From: Elainellaceae cyanobacterium | GTDB lineage: Bacteria; Cyanobacteriota; Cyanobacteriia; CAKZMO01 | DNA length: 64,000 nt | Reading direction: 5' to 3' | Assembly (NCBI GenBank): GCA_050330955.1 | Contig: JBHJHJ010000084.1 | Span: 323 to 64,322 of the forward strand | In this document: piece by piece, positions 17,908-26,842 of the stretch | How positions within the stretch are numbered: position 1 is the first letter of the stretch | Layout of the letters: each line of letters starts with the position of its first letter | Translations under genes and position numbers: made by a program | Notes under the pieces: model-generated | The model's database searches: none | The model's input: only the letters and a program-made list of their open reading frames with translations | Told to the model about the DNA's origin: nothing

Positions 17908-20442
17908 ATGAAATGCTCTCTAATGCTTATAGTGGCGCTATGTTTTAGCGCTGTCCCTAGGGTTGCTACAGCGCAGACCGTGCTTCCAGACGAAGCTGAT
18001 GCGGCCCGCTGCGCTAGGGCTTCGGCTTCGGAGAGTGCATCCCTCAATGGCTCGCCGGCCCGCGAGCTGGTGGAGAGCGCCAACCGGCATCTTGCCGCCG
18101 GGCGACTGGATCAGGCTCGCCGGGGGTTCAAAGCAGCAATCGACAGGGACGGGGCCTTAGCTGAGGCCCATTTTGGGCTGGGGCTGACCCTCACCCAGCT
18201 CGTCAATCGCGAGCAAATCCGCACCCAAGCGCCTCAGGACCAGCTTGCTCAGCGCGCAGCAGCGGCCTACGAGCGGGCGATCGCCCTCAGCCCCAGCGCC
18301 AGGGCATATCTAAACCTCGGGCAGATTTTGGCCTACCTGGGGCAGGACCAAAACGCCCGCCGCGCTTACACCTGCGCCAACGCCCTCCACCCACTAATCC
18401 GCAGGGTGGCTCAAGAGCCAGACGCCGTGGGCACCCGGGATCTAATCGACGCCGGGCGGTGGCTCCGGCGCCAAGGGCTGCGTGAAGAGGCGCTAGAGCT
18501 TTATAGTCTGGCCATTGAGAGCCCCCGCGACGACCAGGAGGTCAATCTGGCAGCAGCCTACAACGGCCGCGGCGTGGTTCTCTCGGAGCTAGACCGCGTT
18601 GATGCGGCGATCGCAGACTACGAGCGAGCGATCGCCCTCAGCCCGGCTCCGACGCCCTACGTGAATCTAGTCAACCTGCTCCAGTACGCCAACCGCCGCG
18701 ACCAGCTTACCCAGGTCTACGCCGACCTAAAAGCCTTCCTATTGGAACAGCTCAACACCGTAGAACAGCCGCCCCAGCGCGAATATGGCGCAGACGGTGT
18801 TGTAGACTTTTTCCTCAACCGCGCCACGTTCTTATCGGAAAATCAGCCCTACTACGCCCTCTACATCGATCTGTTGATGAACTGGCACAACGACGAGCCC
18901 GAGGCCGGTTTCGATCAGATTGCGCTCCAGGTGAGCGAGCGGGCAAGGGCTCGGTCGCTGCTGGAAGTGCTGACAAAATCCAGCTACCAGCAGAGCCAAA
19001 ACGATGCTGCCGTCGCGCCGGAGCTTATTCGGCGGGAGCGATCGCTGCAGGCGGAGATTTCGCGCAGCGAAGCTCGGTTTCAGCGCAGCACGCGGGCGCT
19101 AGAGGGGCTGCTGGTGGGGGCTGCGGCTGACCTAGAGCGCCAGCGGCAGCAGCTTTTGGATGAGGCCTCGGCAGCGGAGTCGGAGTACTTTGACCTCACG
19201 CAGCAGCGCAGCGCGGTGCTGGCCGATATTCGCAAAGTTGACCCAGACTATGCCAACATTCTCCAGCCTAAAGCGCTATCCGTTGAGGCAATTCAGCAAC
19301 TGCTGCCTGAAGATGACGAGACTCTGGTGCTCCAGTACTGGCTGGGGGAAAATCGCAGCTACCTATGGGCCATCTCTCGCGACAGCTTCAGCAGCTACGA
19401 ACTGCCCGATCGTCAAGCAATCGAAAGCCTGGCTCAGCAGGTCCACAGTTACCTCCAGGTTCCCAATCAGACGAGACGGGCCCTAAATCCAGCCGACCAG
19501 CTCAGCCGCTGGCTAATTGGCCCCATCGCCAATCAGCTCGATGACCAGCGCTTGGTGATTGTCGCTGACGGCGCCCTCCATTACCTGCCCTTCGGCGCCC
19601 TGCCAAACGAGCCCGTTCCTGAAGACGAGCGGGACGATTGGCCCGACCCGCTGCTCGCCAATCATGAGGTGGTCAACCTACCGTCGATGTCTGCCCTTTC
19701 CGCCCTACTCGGGCGTCAGCCTCAGCAGGGCGCAGATCTGAAGCTGGCGGCGATCGCCGATCCGGTCTTTGCTCGTGGCGATCGCCGCCTAAGCCGTCAA
19801 GCCTCCGGCGCTGAGGGACCGGCCCGCAGCCGAGATACCGTCAGCCGCCTGCTTGGCGCCCGGCAGGAGGCGGAGGAGATTATAGCAGAGGCAAAAGAAG
19901 CAGAGTTAGACACACTGGCTTGGATAGACTTCGACGCTAGCCGCGAAAACGTCCTCAGCGGCGCCCTGCAAAACTATGACATCATCCACTTTGCGACTCA
20001 CGGGGTCCTCAACGACCAAGACCCCACCCAATCTGGCCTAGAACTCTCTCGGTTTAACCCAAACCAAGAGCCGCAAACTGGACTGCTGAGCTTCTCTGAT
20101 ATTTTCGGTATGAATCTCGCTGCGGATTTAGTCGTGCTCAGCGCCTGTGATACAGGGCGGGGACCGGTGCTCCAAGGGGAAGGCATTGTAGGGCTGACCC
20201 AAGCGTTTATGTACGCTGGGGCAGATAGCGTCATCGTTAGCCTTTGGCCCGTGGAAGACCAGGCCACGCGAGATCTGATGGTGCGCTTTTATGATGAGCT
20301 GCTAGACGATGGCCACGCCCCAGCGGAGGCGCTGCGTGCGGCTCAAATGGCTATGTTTAAGCGACAAGACAACGGCAATCCCTACTTCTGGGCCGCTTTC
20401 ACCCTGCAGGGCCGCTGGGATCAGGTGTTTGAAGTTGATTGA
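17908..20442 (+). CDS. Secreted TPR-repeat CHAT-domain (caspase-fold) protein
   Basis: N-terminal signal-like MKCSLMLIVALCFSAVPRVATAQ. TPR-like AYERAIALSP / DYERAIALSP repeats. CHAT dyad context IIHFATHG (H698) and LVVLSACDTG (C747). It starts 39 nt after the TIR-CHASE2 stop. Confidence 0.85.
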   Translation: MKCSLMLIVALCFSAVPRVATAQTVLPDEADAARCARASASESASLNGSPARELVESANRHLAAGRLDQARRGFKAAIDRDGALAEAHFGLGLTLTQLVNREQIRTQAPQDQLAQRAAAAYERAIALSPSARAYLNLGQILAYLGQDQNARRAYTCANALHPLIRRVAQEPDAVGTRDLIDAGRWLRRQGLREEALELYSLAIESPRDDQEVNLAAAYNGRGVVLSELDRVDAAIADYERAIALSPAPTPYVNLVNLLQYANRRDQLTQVYADLKAFLLEQLNTVEQPPQREYGADGVVDFFLNRATFLSENQPYYALYIDLLMNWHNDEPEAGFDQIALQVSERARARSLLEVLTKSSYQQSQNDAAVAPELIRRERSLQAEISRSEARFQRSTRALEGLLVGAAADLERQRQQLLDEASAAESEYFDLTQQRSAVLADIRKVDPDYANILQPKALSVEAIQQLLPEDDETLVLQYWLGENRSYLWAISRDSFSSYELPDRQAIESLAQQVHSYLQVPNQTRRALNPADQLSRWLIGPIANQLDDQRLVIVADGALHYLPFGALPNEPVPEDERDDWPDPLLANHEVVNLPSMSALSALLGRQPQQGADLKLAAIADPVFARGDRRLSRQASGAEGPARSRDTVSRLLGARQEAEEIIAEAKEAELDTLAWIDFDASRENVLSGALQNYDIIHFATHGVLNDQDPTQSGLELSRFNPNQEPQTGLLSFSDIFGMNLAADLVVLSACDTGRGPVLQGEGIVGLTQAFMYAGADSVIVSLWPVEDQATRDLMVRFYDELLDDGHAPAEALRAAQMAMFKRQDNGNPYFWAAFTLQGRWDQVFEVD
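19525..20412 (+). other. CHAT protease domain (domain-level annotation)
   Basis: LVIVADGALHYLPFGAL .. HFATHG .. LSACDTG .. PYFWAAFTLQG. Confidence 0.7.
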
Positions 20443-20463
20443 AACCCGCTGAATATGATGCTA

Positions 20464-21366
20464 TCAAAGTGAGGCCTCATCGCGGCTGCAGTACGAGGCT
20501 AGAGGGGCTTGGGCGATCGCCATCAGCGCCTCCTCCGCCGTAATCGTCTCCCCGGTCTCAGTCTGCAGACGGTCCTCATCTTCCAAATCTTCTAGAGCGT
20601 CGTCCACCTCAACATCGCCCTGAGTCAATAGGGGCGTCCAGTCTAAGGAGTCTTCGCTGCAGCTCAGTTCAGCGATGCCCGTCACCATGTCGTACCATAG
20701 GTCCGCCCGCGCGTAGCATTCAACGGCGCTGACCTTGGCGGCTTCGCCCCCGTTCGCTTCCCCCGCAGCAAGACATTCCGTTAGATCTTCATCAGGCAAA
20801 ATCCGACGAACTGTGCTGTCGACCGAGCCTAGGACAGCGCTTGAGTCATTGCCCTCAACCTGGCAAACCACCTCTACATACCAGCGGTATTCTTCGCCTG
20901 CGGCTAAGGACACTGGCGCAGAAACGTGACTTATGCTGGGCTCCTCAGGAATTGAAAAGCTGCCCCGGTAAATTTCGTTGGCATCAGTAATATCTGTGAG
21001 GGTCAGGCTGATATAGAGATCACGTCCCTCCGCCACAATCGCTTGGCTGTAGGGTGAGTAGAACCAAAAAATGGGCTGATCTGAGAGAGTCAGAGCTTCT
21101 CGACTGCCCTTTGGGACCAGCGCCACAATGGGGAGGACAGGGCGCTGGATCAAACAGCCCCGCGCAGCGCCACCGGCAATCCGATTTCCAGGAGGACGGC
21201 TGTCTGGTCTAGGGGGATCGAAATAGTCCCTAACCCGCCCGACCAAGTCAGATAGAGGGTTAGCTTGAACTGGGGCAGCCCAGAATAGGGAGAACATGCT
21301 TAGCGCAGTCAATCCACACAGGATTGAGAGCAATCGCAGAGGGCGCTGCTTGGTTTGGGTTGCCAT
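20464..21366 (-). CDS. DUF928-like secreted protein
   Basis: I prefer the ATG at 21366 (MATQTKQRPLRLLSILCGLTALSMFSLFWAAPVQA signal). DUF928-type motif PPRPDSRPPGNRIAGGAARGC, then PIFWFYSP and EEYRWYVEVVC. The longer GTG ORF runs to 21420. Confidence 0.75.
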   Translation of the reverse strand: MATQTKQRPLRLLSILCGLTALSMFSLFWAAPVQANPLSDLVGRVRDYFDPPRPDSRPPGNRIAGGAARGCLIQRPVLPIVALVPKGSREALTLSDQPIFWFYSPYSQAIVAEGRDLYISLTLTDITDANEIYRGSFSIPEEPSISHVSAPVSLAAGEEYRWYVEVVCQVEGNDSSAVLGSVDSTVRRILPDEDLTECLAAGEANGGEAAKVSAVECYARADLWYDMVTGIAELSCSEDSLDWTPLLTQGDVEVDDALEDLEDEDRLQTETGETITAEEALMAIAQAPLASYCSRDEASL

Positions 21367-21514
21367 AGAGGAAATTACGTTAGGGGAGCAGGGTTTCTCC
21401 CCTATTATCTGCGAGTCCACTCAAATCCTCCACTTCAGACGTTACACTGCCTTCTGACACTAGCAAGCTCGCAGTTTGGAGCCCTAAATAGATAGATTGC
21501 TTCACCACGCTGAC

Positions 21515-21811
21515 CTAGTTTCGCAGGGCTGGAGAGAGCCAGGCCGTCTCAGCGTCCAGATCATCGCTCCCACTAGGGACTAAGACATTGTCATCTGCTC
21601 GAACGGTCATTTCTCCCTCTCGCAAGGCCCGACGCCACGTTCGTCCTACTCGCCAGGCTTGAAACTTCGTCACCGTCCAGCGCGGGTTAGCGGTGTATCC
21701 GGCAAAGCCCGCCCGGAGGGCCGCGTGATGGGATATGGGAATTGACGTCTTGACAAAGGTGTTTTCATCAAGCTCGACTAGCTGAAATCTTGATTTCGCA
21801 GCGTCCGCCAT
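21515..21811 (-). CDS. Hypothetical protein, 98 aa
   Basis: ORF on the same strand as, and upstream of, the DUF928 gene. No motif recognised. Confidence 0.45.
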   Translation of the reverse strand: MADAAKSRFQLVELDENTFVKTSIPISHHAALRAGFAGYTANPRWTVTKFQAWRVGRTWRRALREGEMTVRADDNVLVPSGSDDLDAETAWLSPALRN

Positions 21812-22004
21812 GATTCACCTCACTGTGGCTGTATGGAGTTGATGGATGAGCTATCGTTTCGCGCTTCTCCGGTTTACGTGTATCTTACTAGGACTGGTTG
21901 AGAGACCGAGACAGCGTAAGCAGGGCGGTAATGGGCGCCCTAACAGTTACGTGTTCAGCCTTAGCAGCGGTCTATCCGTATCTTTTTCAGGGGAATTGAG
22001 CGGG

Positions 22005-22727
22005 CTAGGACTGGAGAATTTGATACGCGAAGTAGGTGGCCATGGGAATCACCGTTGCAGCGACCAAAAAGCCGACAACTAGAACGGTCGCATTCCCCTG
22101 ATCGGTATCCTCTGCGGCTGTAAAGGTGCCTTCCACCTGAATCGAAGACTCGATTTCCGGTGGACCAGGATCAGGATTGCCCGACAGCACAGCCACTAGG
22201 CGATCGCTGGCGTCGAGCAGCGCTTGATTATACTTGTTGCCGTTCCGCAAGGGAGCCTGCATGGTCTCTTGGACGACGCTGTTGGCCATATCGGTCGGCA
22301 ACAGGGTTTCAATGCCGGAGCCTGTGGCGATCGCAGTATTATTGGTCAGGCTATCCACCACCACCAGCGTTTGGTTTGCCTTAGCCTCAGGCGTAGGAAA
22401 CCATTGATCAAATAGAGCCTCGGCAAAGCTGTCGACCGTTTCGCCGTAGTCAAGGCGACGAAGGGTGACAAATCTCACTTCATTTCCGGTCTGTTCGGCT
22501 AGCTCACCCAAGTCACGACTCAGCCGATTTTCGTTGATCCGGCTGATAATATCGGCGGTATCAATGACCCAGGTGGGCTGGCCAGAGGAGAGCGCTGGCA
22601 TTTCGTAAACGCCAGTGGCCCGCGCCGGCAGCGCCCAGCAGTAAATCATTAGCGCTAAGAGGGCTGCAAAACAGGCAGGCAGGGGTGGAAGCCAGTGGCG
22701 TCTGGCAGGGATATGGAGCCTTAGCAT
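22005..22727 (-). CDS. psb32: TPM-domain protein (Psb32 / TLP18.3-like)
   Basis: Signal/TM segment, then GVYEMP..PTWVIDTADIISRINENRLSRDLGELAEQTGNEVRFVTLRRLDYGETVDSFAEALFDQWFP, plus a C-terminal TM helix. This architecture is typical of cyanobacterial Psb32. Confidence 0.7.
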   Translation of the reverse strand: MLRLHIPARRHWLPPLPACFAALLALMIYCWALPARATGVYEMPALSSGQPTWVIDTADIISRINENRLSRDLGELAEQTGNEVRFVTLRRLDYGETVDSFAEALFDQWFPTPEAKANQTLVVVDSLTNNTAIATGSGIETLLPTDMANSVVQETMQAPLRNGNKYNQALLDASDRLVAVLSGNPDPGPPEIESSIQVEGTFTAAEDTDQGNATVLVVGFLVAATVIPMATYFAYQILQS

Positions 22728-22806
22728 AGGGAAAAGGAATTGGATCGCGTCGACAGTTTGCTGATATTATACGGCGTCCGTAGACTTACTTTTGACTGGC
22801 ATAGTG

Positions 22807-23865
22807 CTAGAGCGTCCAGAGAAGGCGATGTACGCGCTCTATCACCAGCTGCACTGCCGAGCGGTAGAAGGCCGTATCAATCGTGCTCACCTCGTCAGAG
22901 GGCTGGTGGTAGTGTGGGTTACGAAACTCAGCCGTGTCCGTCAACATCACTGCGCCGATACCCGCTCGCCAGAACGGAACGTGGTCACTGCGCAGCAGAT
23001 CTGGGGCTAAGGGGCCTAGGGTAGGAACCGTTAAAGTGAACACGGGCAAAGGCCCTGAAATATAGGTGCTGGGTTGGCGGGGATCTGGGGCAAATCCTTC
23101 AACGAGCAAAGGATGAGCGCGATCGCCCACTGCAGCCAGAAAGGTGCCGGTGGTCTGGGGCGGTGCTGGGATCCCTGCTGGGTAGCGCTGACAGCCCGGT
23201 TGCGTGCAGCGAAAGCCCAGCATCTCTAGAATGACGGCGCCGGCCACGTCGGGATAGGCCGCGACAAAGGCCTGACTGCCCCACAGTCCAGCCTCCTCTA
23301 AATCAAAGAAAACCAAGGTTAAGGGCTGGGGCAACGACAAGGGGCCCAGGATGCGGGCCGTTTCTATGGCGGCAATCACCCCAGTGGCGTTGTCATCTAC
23401 ACCGGGAGAATATTGGACCGTGTCGTAATGCGCCCCCAGAACGAGGGAGCCTGCCACTGGAGCGTCGGGTTGGGTCGCAATTAGGTTGACGCCTTGGGCG
23501 CCTGACTCTGCGGTGAACGGCTGCGGCGTCACAACCCAGCCGGAGTCTTCTAGGGATTGCGTGATGTCGCGCCTGGCCTGGGCCCGATCCCTCTGCTGGA
23601 ATCGCTCGGTGCTCAAGCGCTGAAGCGCAAGCTGCAGGGCAGATTCATCTAGAACCGGCTCTAAGCTGGACTGGGCAGGCGGTGCAGTGGCCTCTAGTTC
23701 CCTTGGCCTATCGGCCTGGGTGACGAAATGCTCATTAGCAAAACGGGATAGCCCATCGAAGCGCTGCAGCAGTGCCATTCTATCGGTAAGGGCAACCCCA
23801 TGGGCAATGACGGCGATGAAGCATACAAGCCCCAGCAAGAGCAAAACTGCACGGGTCGATCTCAT
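22807..23865 (-). CDS. M28-family zinc aminopeptidase
   Basis: LGAHYDTV, GVDDNATGV, FFDLEEAGLWGS and SDHVPFW metal-ligand motifs. N-terminal signal/TM segment. Confidence 0.85.
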   Translation of the reverse strand: MRSTRAVLLLLGLVCFIAVIAHGVALTDRMALLQRFDGLSRFANEHFVTQADRPRELEATAPPAQSSLEPVLDESALQLALQRLSTERFQQRDRAQARRDITQSLEDSGWVVTPQPFTAESGAQGVNLIATQPDAPVAGSLVLGAHYDTVQYSPGVDDNATGVIAAIETARILGPLSLPQPLTLVFFDLEEAGLWGSQAFVAAYPDVAGAVILEMLGFRCTQPGCQRYPAGIPAPPQTTGTFLAAVGDRAHPLLVEGFAPDPRQPSTYISGPLPVFTLTVPTLGPLAPDLLRSDHVPFWRAGIGAVMLTDTAEFRNPHYHQPSDEVSTIDTAFYRSAVQLVIERVHRLLWTL

Positions 23866-23883
23866 TATTTTCGTCCAGCCGTC

Positions 23884-24474
23884 CTAAGGCTTGTGGCCGC
23901 TGAGGGAGTGAGCGCTATCTGGAGAGTCAGAGGCTATGTTAATTGCGGTATCACTCTCCGCTTCTGCCGATCTCAGGCTATTTCGAGCGGTTTCGCCGGG
24001 GGACGCTGAGCGCAGCCGCTCAGAAATCGCCTTGAAAGATTCACCAATTTGCTGCCGCAGCCACCAGCGGCGAAAGGCGCGATTATAGCTCTCTTCAGAG
24101 GATCGGTAGGTCTGCCAAGCTTGAATGCTGAGGACAATTGCCCAGCCCAGGGCAATGTAAAGCGCCCAGCTCAGTTGACGGGTCGCCAACAGATTGGACA
24201 TCATCAGAAGGCTGCTGGCGATGGCGAATCGGCGCAGTCCTTTGATCCACTGCTGATGGCGATAGTGATCAAACGCCGCGCGAGCGTCCTGCTCCTCTTT
24301 CCAAACCAGCCACTCCTCTTCAGCAGCCAAAAAATTGGCGGGAGATATGTTGAGCTCCCGCGATATATCAATGAGCTGCGATCGCTCTAGGGGATCATTC
24401 TGCCCCTGACGCGCGCGGGCTCTCGCTAAAATCTGCTGAACCGCCACTTCGTCGTAGGTATTTGCCATGCCCAT
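23884..24474 (-). CDS. Hypothetical membrane protein (two TM helices)
   Basis: 196-aa ORF with the hydrophobic pair FAIASSLLMMSNLLA / ALYIALGWAIVLSIQAW. It sits 18 nt from the M28 gene on the same strand. Confidence 0.6.
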   Translation of the reverse strand: MGMANTYDEVAVQQILARARARQGQNDPLERSQLIDISRELNISPANFLAAEEEWLVWKEEQDARAAFDHYRHQQWIKGLRRFAIASSLLMMSNLLATRQLSWALYIALGWAIVLSIQAWQTYRSSEESYNRAFRRWWLRQQIGESFKAISERLRSASPGETARNSLRSAEAESDTAINIASDSPDSAHSLSGHKP

Positions 24475-24840
24475 CTTCGCTAGAGTTAGCAGAACGCTGG
24501 TCTTATCGTAAACTTAGACGCTATGATTCCGTAGCACGATGAGCACTTACACCGTGACTGTACGCCGGTGTAAACCCATCACTGGCAGCTCAGCATTGGG
24601 CATACATTGAGGGCCACTCGTTGGCGTATGCTCCAAAACCAGTGAAATCAAGGGTCTGACTCTAATATAGCTCTATCCTAGTCAGGTATCATTCAGCAGT
24701 CTGTCGGCAGGACAACTTACACCTCACCATTTAAGCGCCTGATACGGCATTTTCTGCAGCGAACACCCTGCTTTCCAAAGTGGTTTTTGGTTTAAGATAT
24801 GGGAGCTGAGGTTCAAAGTGGCAGTAGCTGAGAGAAGCGA

Positions 24841-24885
24841 TGGCTGAAAGATATGTTGGCTGAAAGATATGTTGGCTAAAAGATG
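24841..24885. repeat. 16-nt tandem repeat, 2.8 copies
   Basis: tggctgaaagatatgt (24841-24856), tggctgaaagatatgt (24857-24872), tggctaaaagatg (24873-24885). It lies just upstream of the 24946 start. Confidence 0.8.
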
Positions 24886-24945
24886 CAGCAGCCAGAGCTG
24901 CAGTCTGTTCATTCCCGTAGCAGGTTTAGGTCGCAAGCCAATTTT

Positions 24946-25416
24946 ATGACTTCTGATTATGCCGCTTCTCGGGGCACTCGTTTCCGCGATCTGGCGGATT
25001 TAGCCATTGAAAGCGTTGAACAGGCACTAGGCGCTGAGGACTACGACTGTCTCACCGTGGAAGCAGTACAAGACGCCTTGGGGCGGTCGCGGGCGTCAAT
25101 TTACCGCTACGCCAACACGACCACTGAAACGCTCAATCCACCCTTTGACCAGAAGCGGCTTAATCCGGAATTACGAAAGCACAAAGACGATCCGCTCCTG
25201 TTCCACCCGTCTGAGGTGGAGCGGTTCGCCAGAGATATTCTAGGCATCCAACAGGTCACTATCGAAGTCCAGGTGTCTGAGCCAACCGTTAACCAAAGTT
25301 TACTGCGGGAAATTCTTCAGGAACTCAAAGGCATCCGCCTCCTTCTAGAGGAGGATACGGCCTCCCCAACTTCACCTCAAAGCATCGTCGATGGCCAGCC
25401 CAATGGGTCGCCCTGA
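24946..25416 (+). CDS. Hypothetical protein with an HTH-like segment
   Basis: I prefer the ATG at 24946 (MTSDYAASRG). LTVEAVQDALGRSRASIYRYAN resembles a short helix-turn-helix. The longer ORF starts at 24883 inside the tandem repeat. Confidence 0.5.
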   Translation: MTSDYAASRGTRFRDLADLAIESVEQALGAEDYDCLTVEAVQDALGRSRASIYRYANTTTETLNPPFDQKRLNPELRKHKDDPLLFHPSEVERFARDILGIQQVTIEVQVSEPTVNQSLLREILQELKGIRLLLEEDTASPTSPQSIVDGQPNGSP

Positions 25417-25497
25417 ATCATCTATTACATCGTCCACCGAAGGAATCATCTACAGTTTCTTTGCTGTCTTTGAACCCATATTTAACCCCTAGCTAGC

Positions 25498-25671
25498 ATG
25501 AATGCCCAGAATCAGTCAGACAAGCCTCCGCAACGAGGCTGCTGTGTTGGTAATTTTATCGGTGTCGCGATCGCCTTACTGACATGGGTCGTGCCCCTCA
25601 CCGCAATAACCCTTACGTCTGCTGCAGGGGAAGCCTGGCAGCCTTCACAGAATTCAGTCTCTAGCGAATGA
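25498..25671 (+). CDS. Possible small membrane protein, 57 aa (below the ORF-track cutoff)
   Basis: My own translation: MNAQNQSDKPPQRGCCVGNFIGVAIALLTWVVPLTAITLTSAAGEAWQPSQNSVSSE, with one clear TM helix. No other support. Confidence 0.3.
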   Translation: MNAQNQSDKPPQRGCCVGNFIGVAIALLTWVVPLTAITLTSAAGEAWQPSQNSVSSE

Positions 25672-25785
25672 GCTGTGTGAGTTTTTTGTGAGGCTATGGA
25701 AAAATGGATGCGAGGACGCCACCGTCATCTCCTACAATGCTATCGAGGCTAAAGCCCTCAAGCACGATGACATTTGGAGATTATT

Positions 25786-26298
25786 GTGGATTTATCGCGT
25801 ATTCCTCCGCAACCCAAGCCTGGGATCGTTAACGTTCTAATCGAAATTCCGGCAGGTAGCAAGAATAAGTACGAGTACGATAAGGATTTAGAAGCGCTAG
25901 CGCTAGACCGCGTTCTCTACGCATCTGTCCAGTACCCTTTTGATTACGGCTTTATTCCTAATACGCTGGCTGATGACGGCGATCCGTTAGACGGCCTCGT
26001 GATTATGGATCAGCCAACTTTTCCCGGCTGCGTCATCGCAGCGCGTCCGATTGGCATGCTAGAGATGATCGACGGGGGCGATCGCGACGAGAAGCTACTG
26101 TGTGTCCCCGACAAAGATCCACGCTACAGCCACGTTACCTCACTGCAGGATATCGCAGCGCATCGTCTCGCCGAGGTCTCTGAGTTTTTTGGCACCTATA
26201 AAAACCTAGAAAAAAAGGTGACTGAAATTTTGGGATGGAAAGACGTGGATGCGGTCAGCCAGTTGATTGATACTTGTATCAAAGCCCATCAAGCCTAG
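25786..26298 (+). CDS. ppa: Inorganic pyrophosphatase
   Basis: [19 protein letters not shown] and DGDPLD motifs. I prefer the GTG at 25786 (DLSRIP..), which matches the usual family N-terminus. The TTG ORF starts at 25774. Confidence 0.9.
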   Translation: MDLSRIPPQPKPGIVNVLIEIPAGSKNKYEYDKDLEALALDRVLYASVQYPFDYGFIPNTLADDGDPLDGLVIMDQPTFPGCVIAARPIGMLEMIDGGDRDEKLLCVPDKDPRYSHVTSLQDIAAHRLAEVSEFFGTYKNLEKKVTEILGWKDVDAVSQLIDTCIKAHQA

Positions 26299-26330
26299 CT
26301 CAATTATTGGCGTCAACCTAGAAAAACTAT

Positions 26331-26366
26331 GCCTAGTGCAAACTGCTGAGCCAGTCTGCGCTAGGC
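26331..26366 (+). terminator. Terminator-like hairpin after ppa (10-bp stem with one G-U pair, 16-nt loop)
   Basis: gcctagtgca (26331-26340) pairs with tgcgctaggc (26357-26366). There is no clear U-tract. Confidence 0.4.
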
Positions 26367-26842
26367 CTCTAATAGGCGGCGTGTAAAACGCATTGCAATG
26401 TGTAATTTGCTAGCCTTCTATTTCTGCATCAGCCTTACAGCCTATCTATTTTAACAAAGCTTAGACATTGATTTTAGGAATCGCCTAGAATACGATAGGG
26501 CGTATCAGTGGTATTAAGGGACATCTATTCTGCTAGCCTGAAGAGTCGATGGCGATCAGCAATTAGTTTCTTAGGGGTGCACTAGCGCATACGATTTTGT
26601 GAGCAGAGAAACCTCCGGACACGGTGGGTTCGTTAGGGAAGTTGTTTGAGAAGGCTAATGGAATGAGGCCCGTGGGCCACACTGTAGTAGTCCATCGTAA
26701 CTCGCTCTTAGAATACGCTTTCCATCGAAGCTTCTCTGTTTACTACGTGCGTATCCTAGCTTCATCATGTAGGCTCCGGCGTTTAGGGTCACTGACCTAC
26801 GTTATGGGCTAAGCATTCCCCTAAACTTTTAAAATACGCAAC

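Noticed and set aside
21846-22082. A 78-aa plus-strand ORF between minus-strand genes.
   Set aside because: It overlaps the 3' end of the Psb32-like gene on the opposite strand, and the peptide is low-complexity with no motif.
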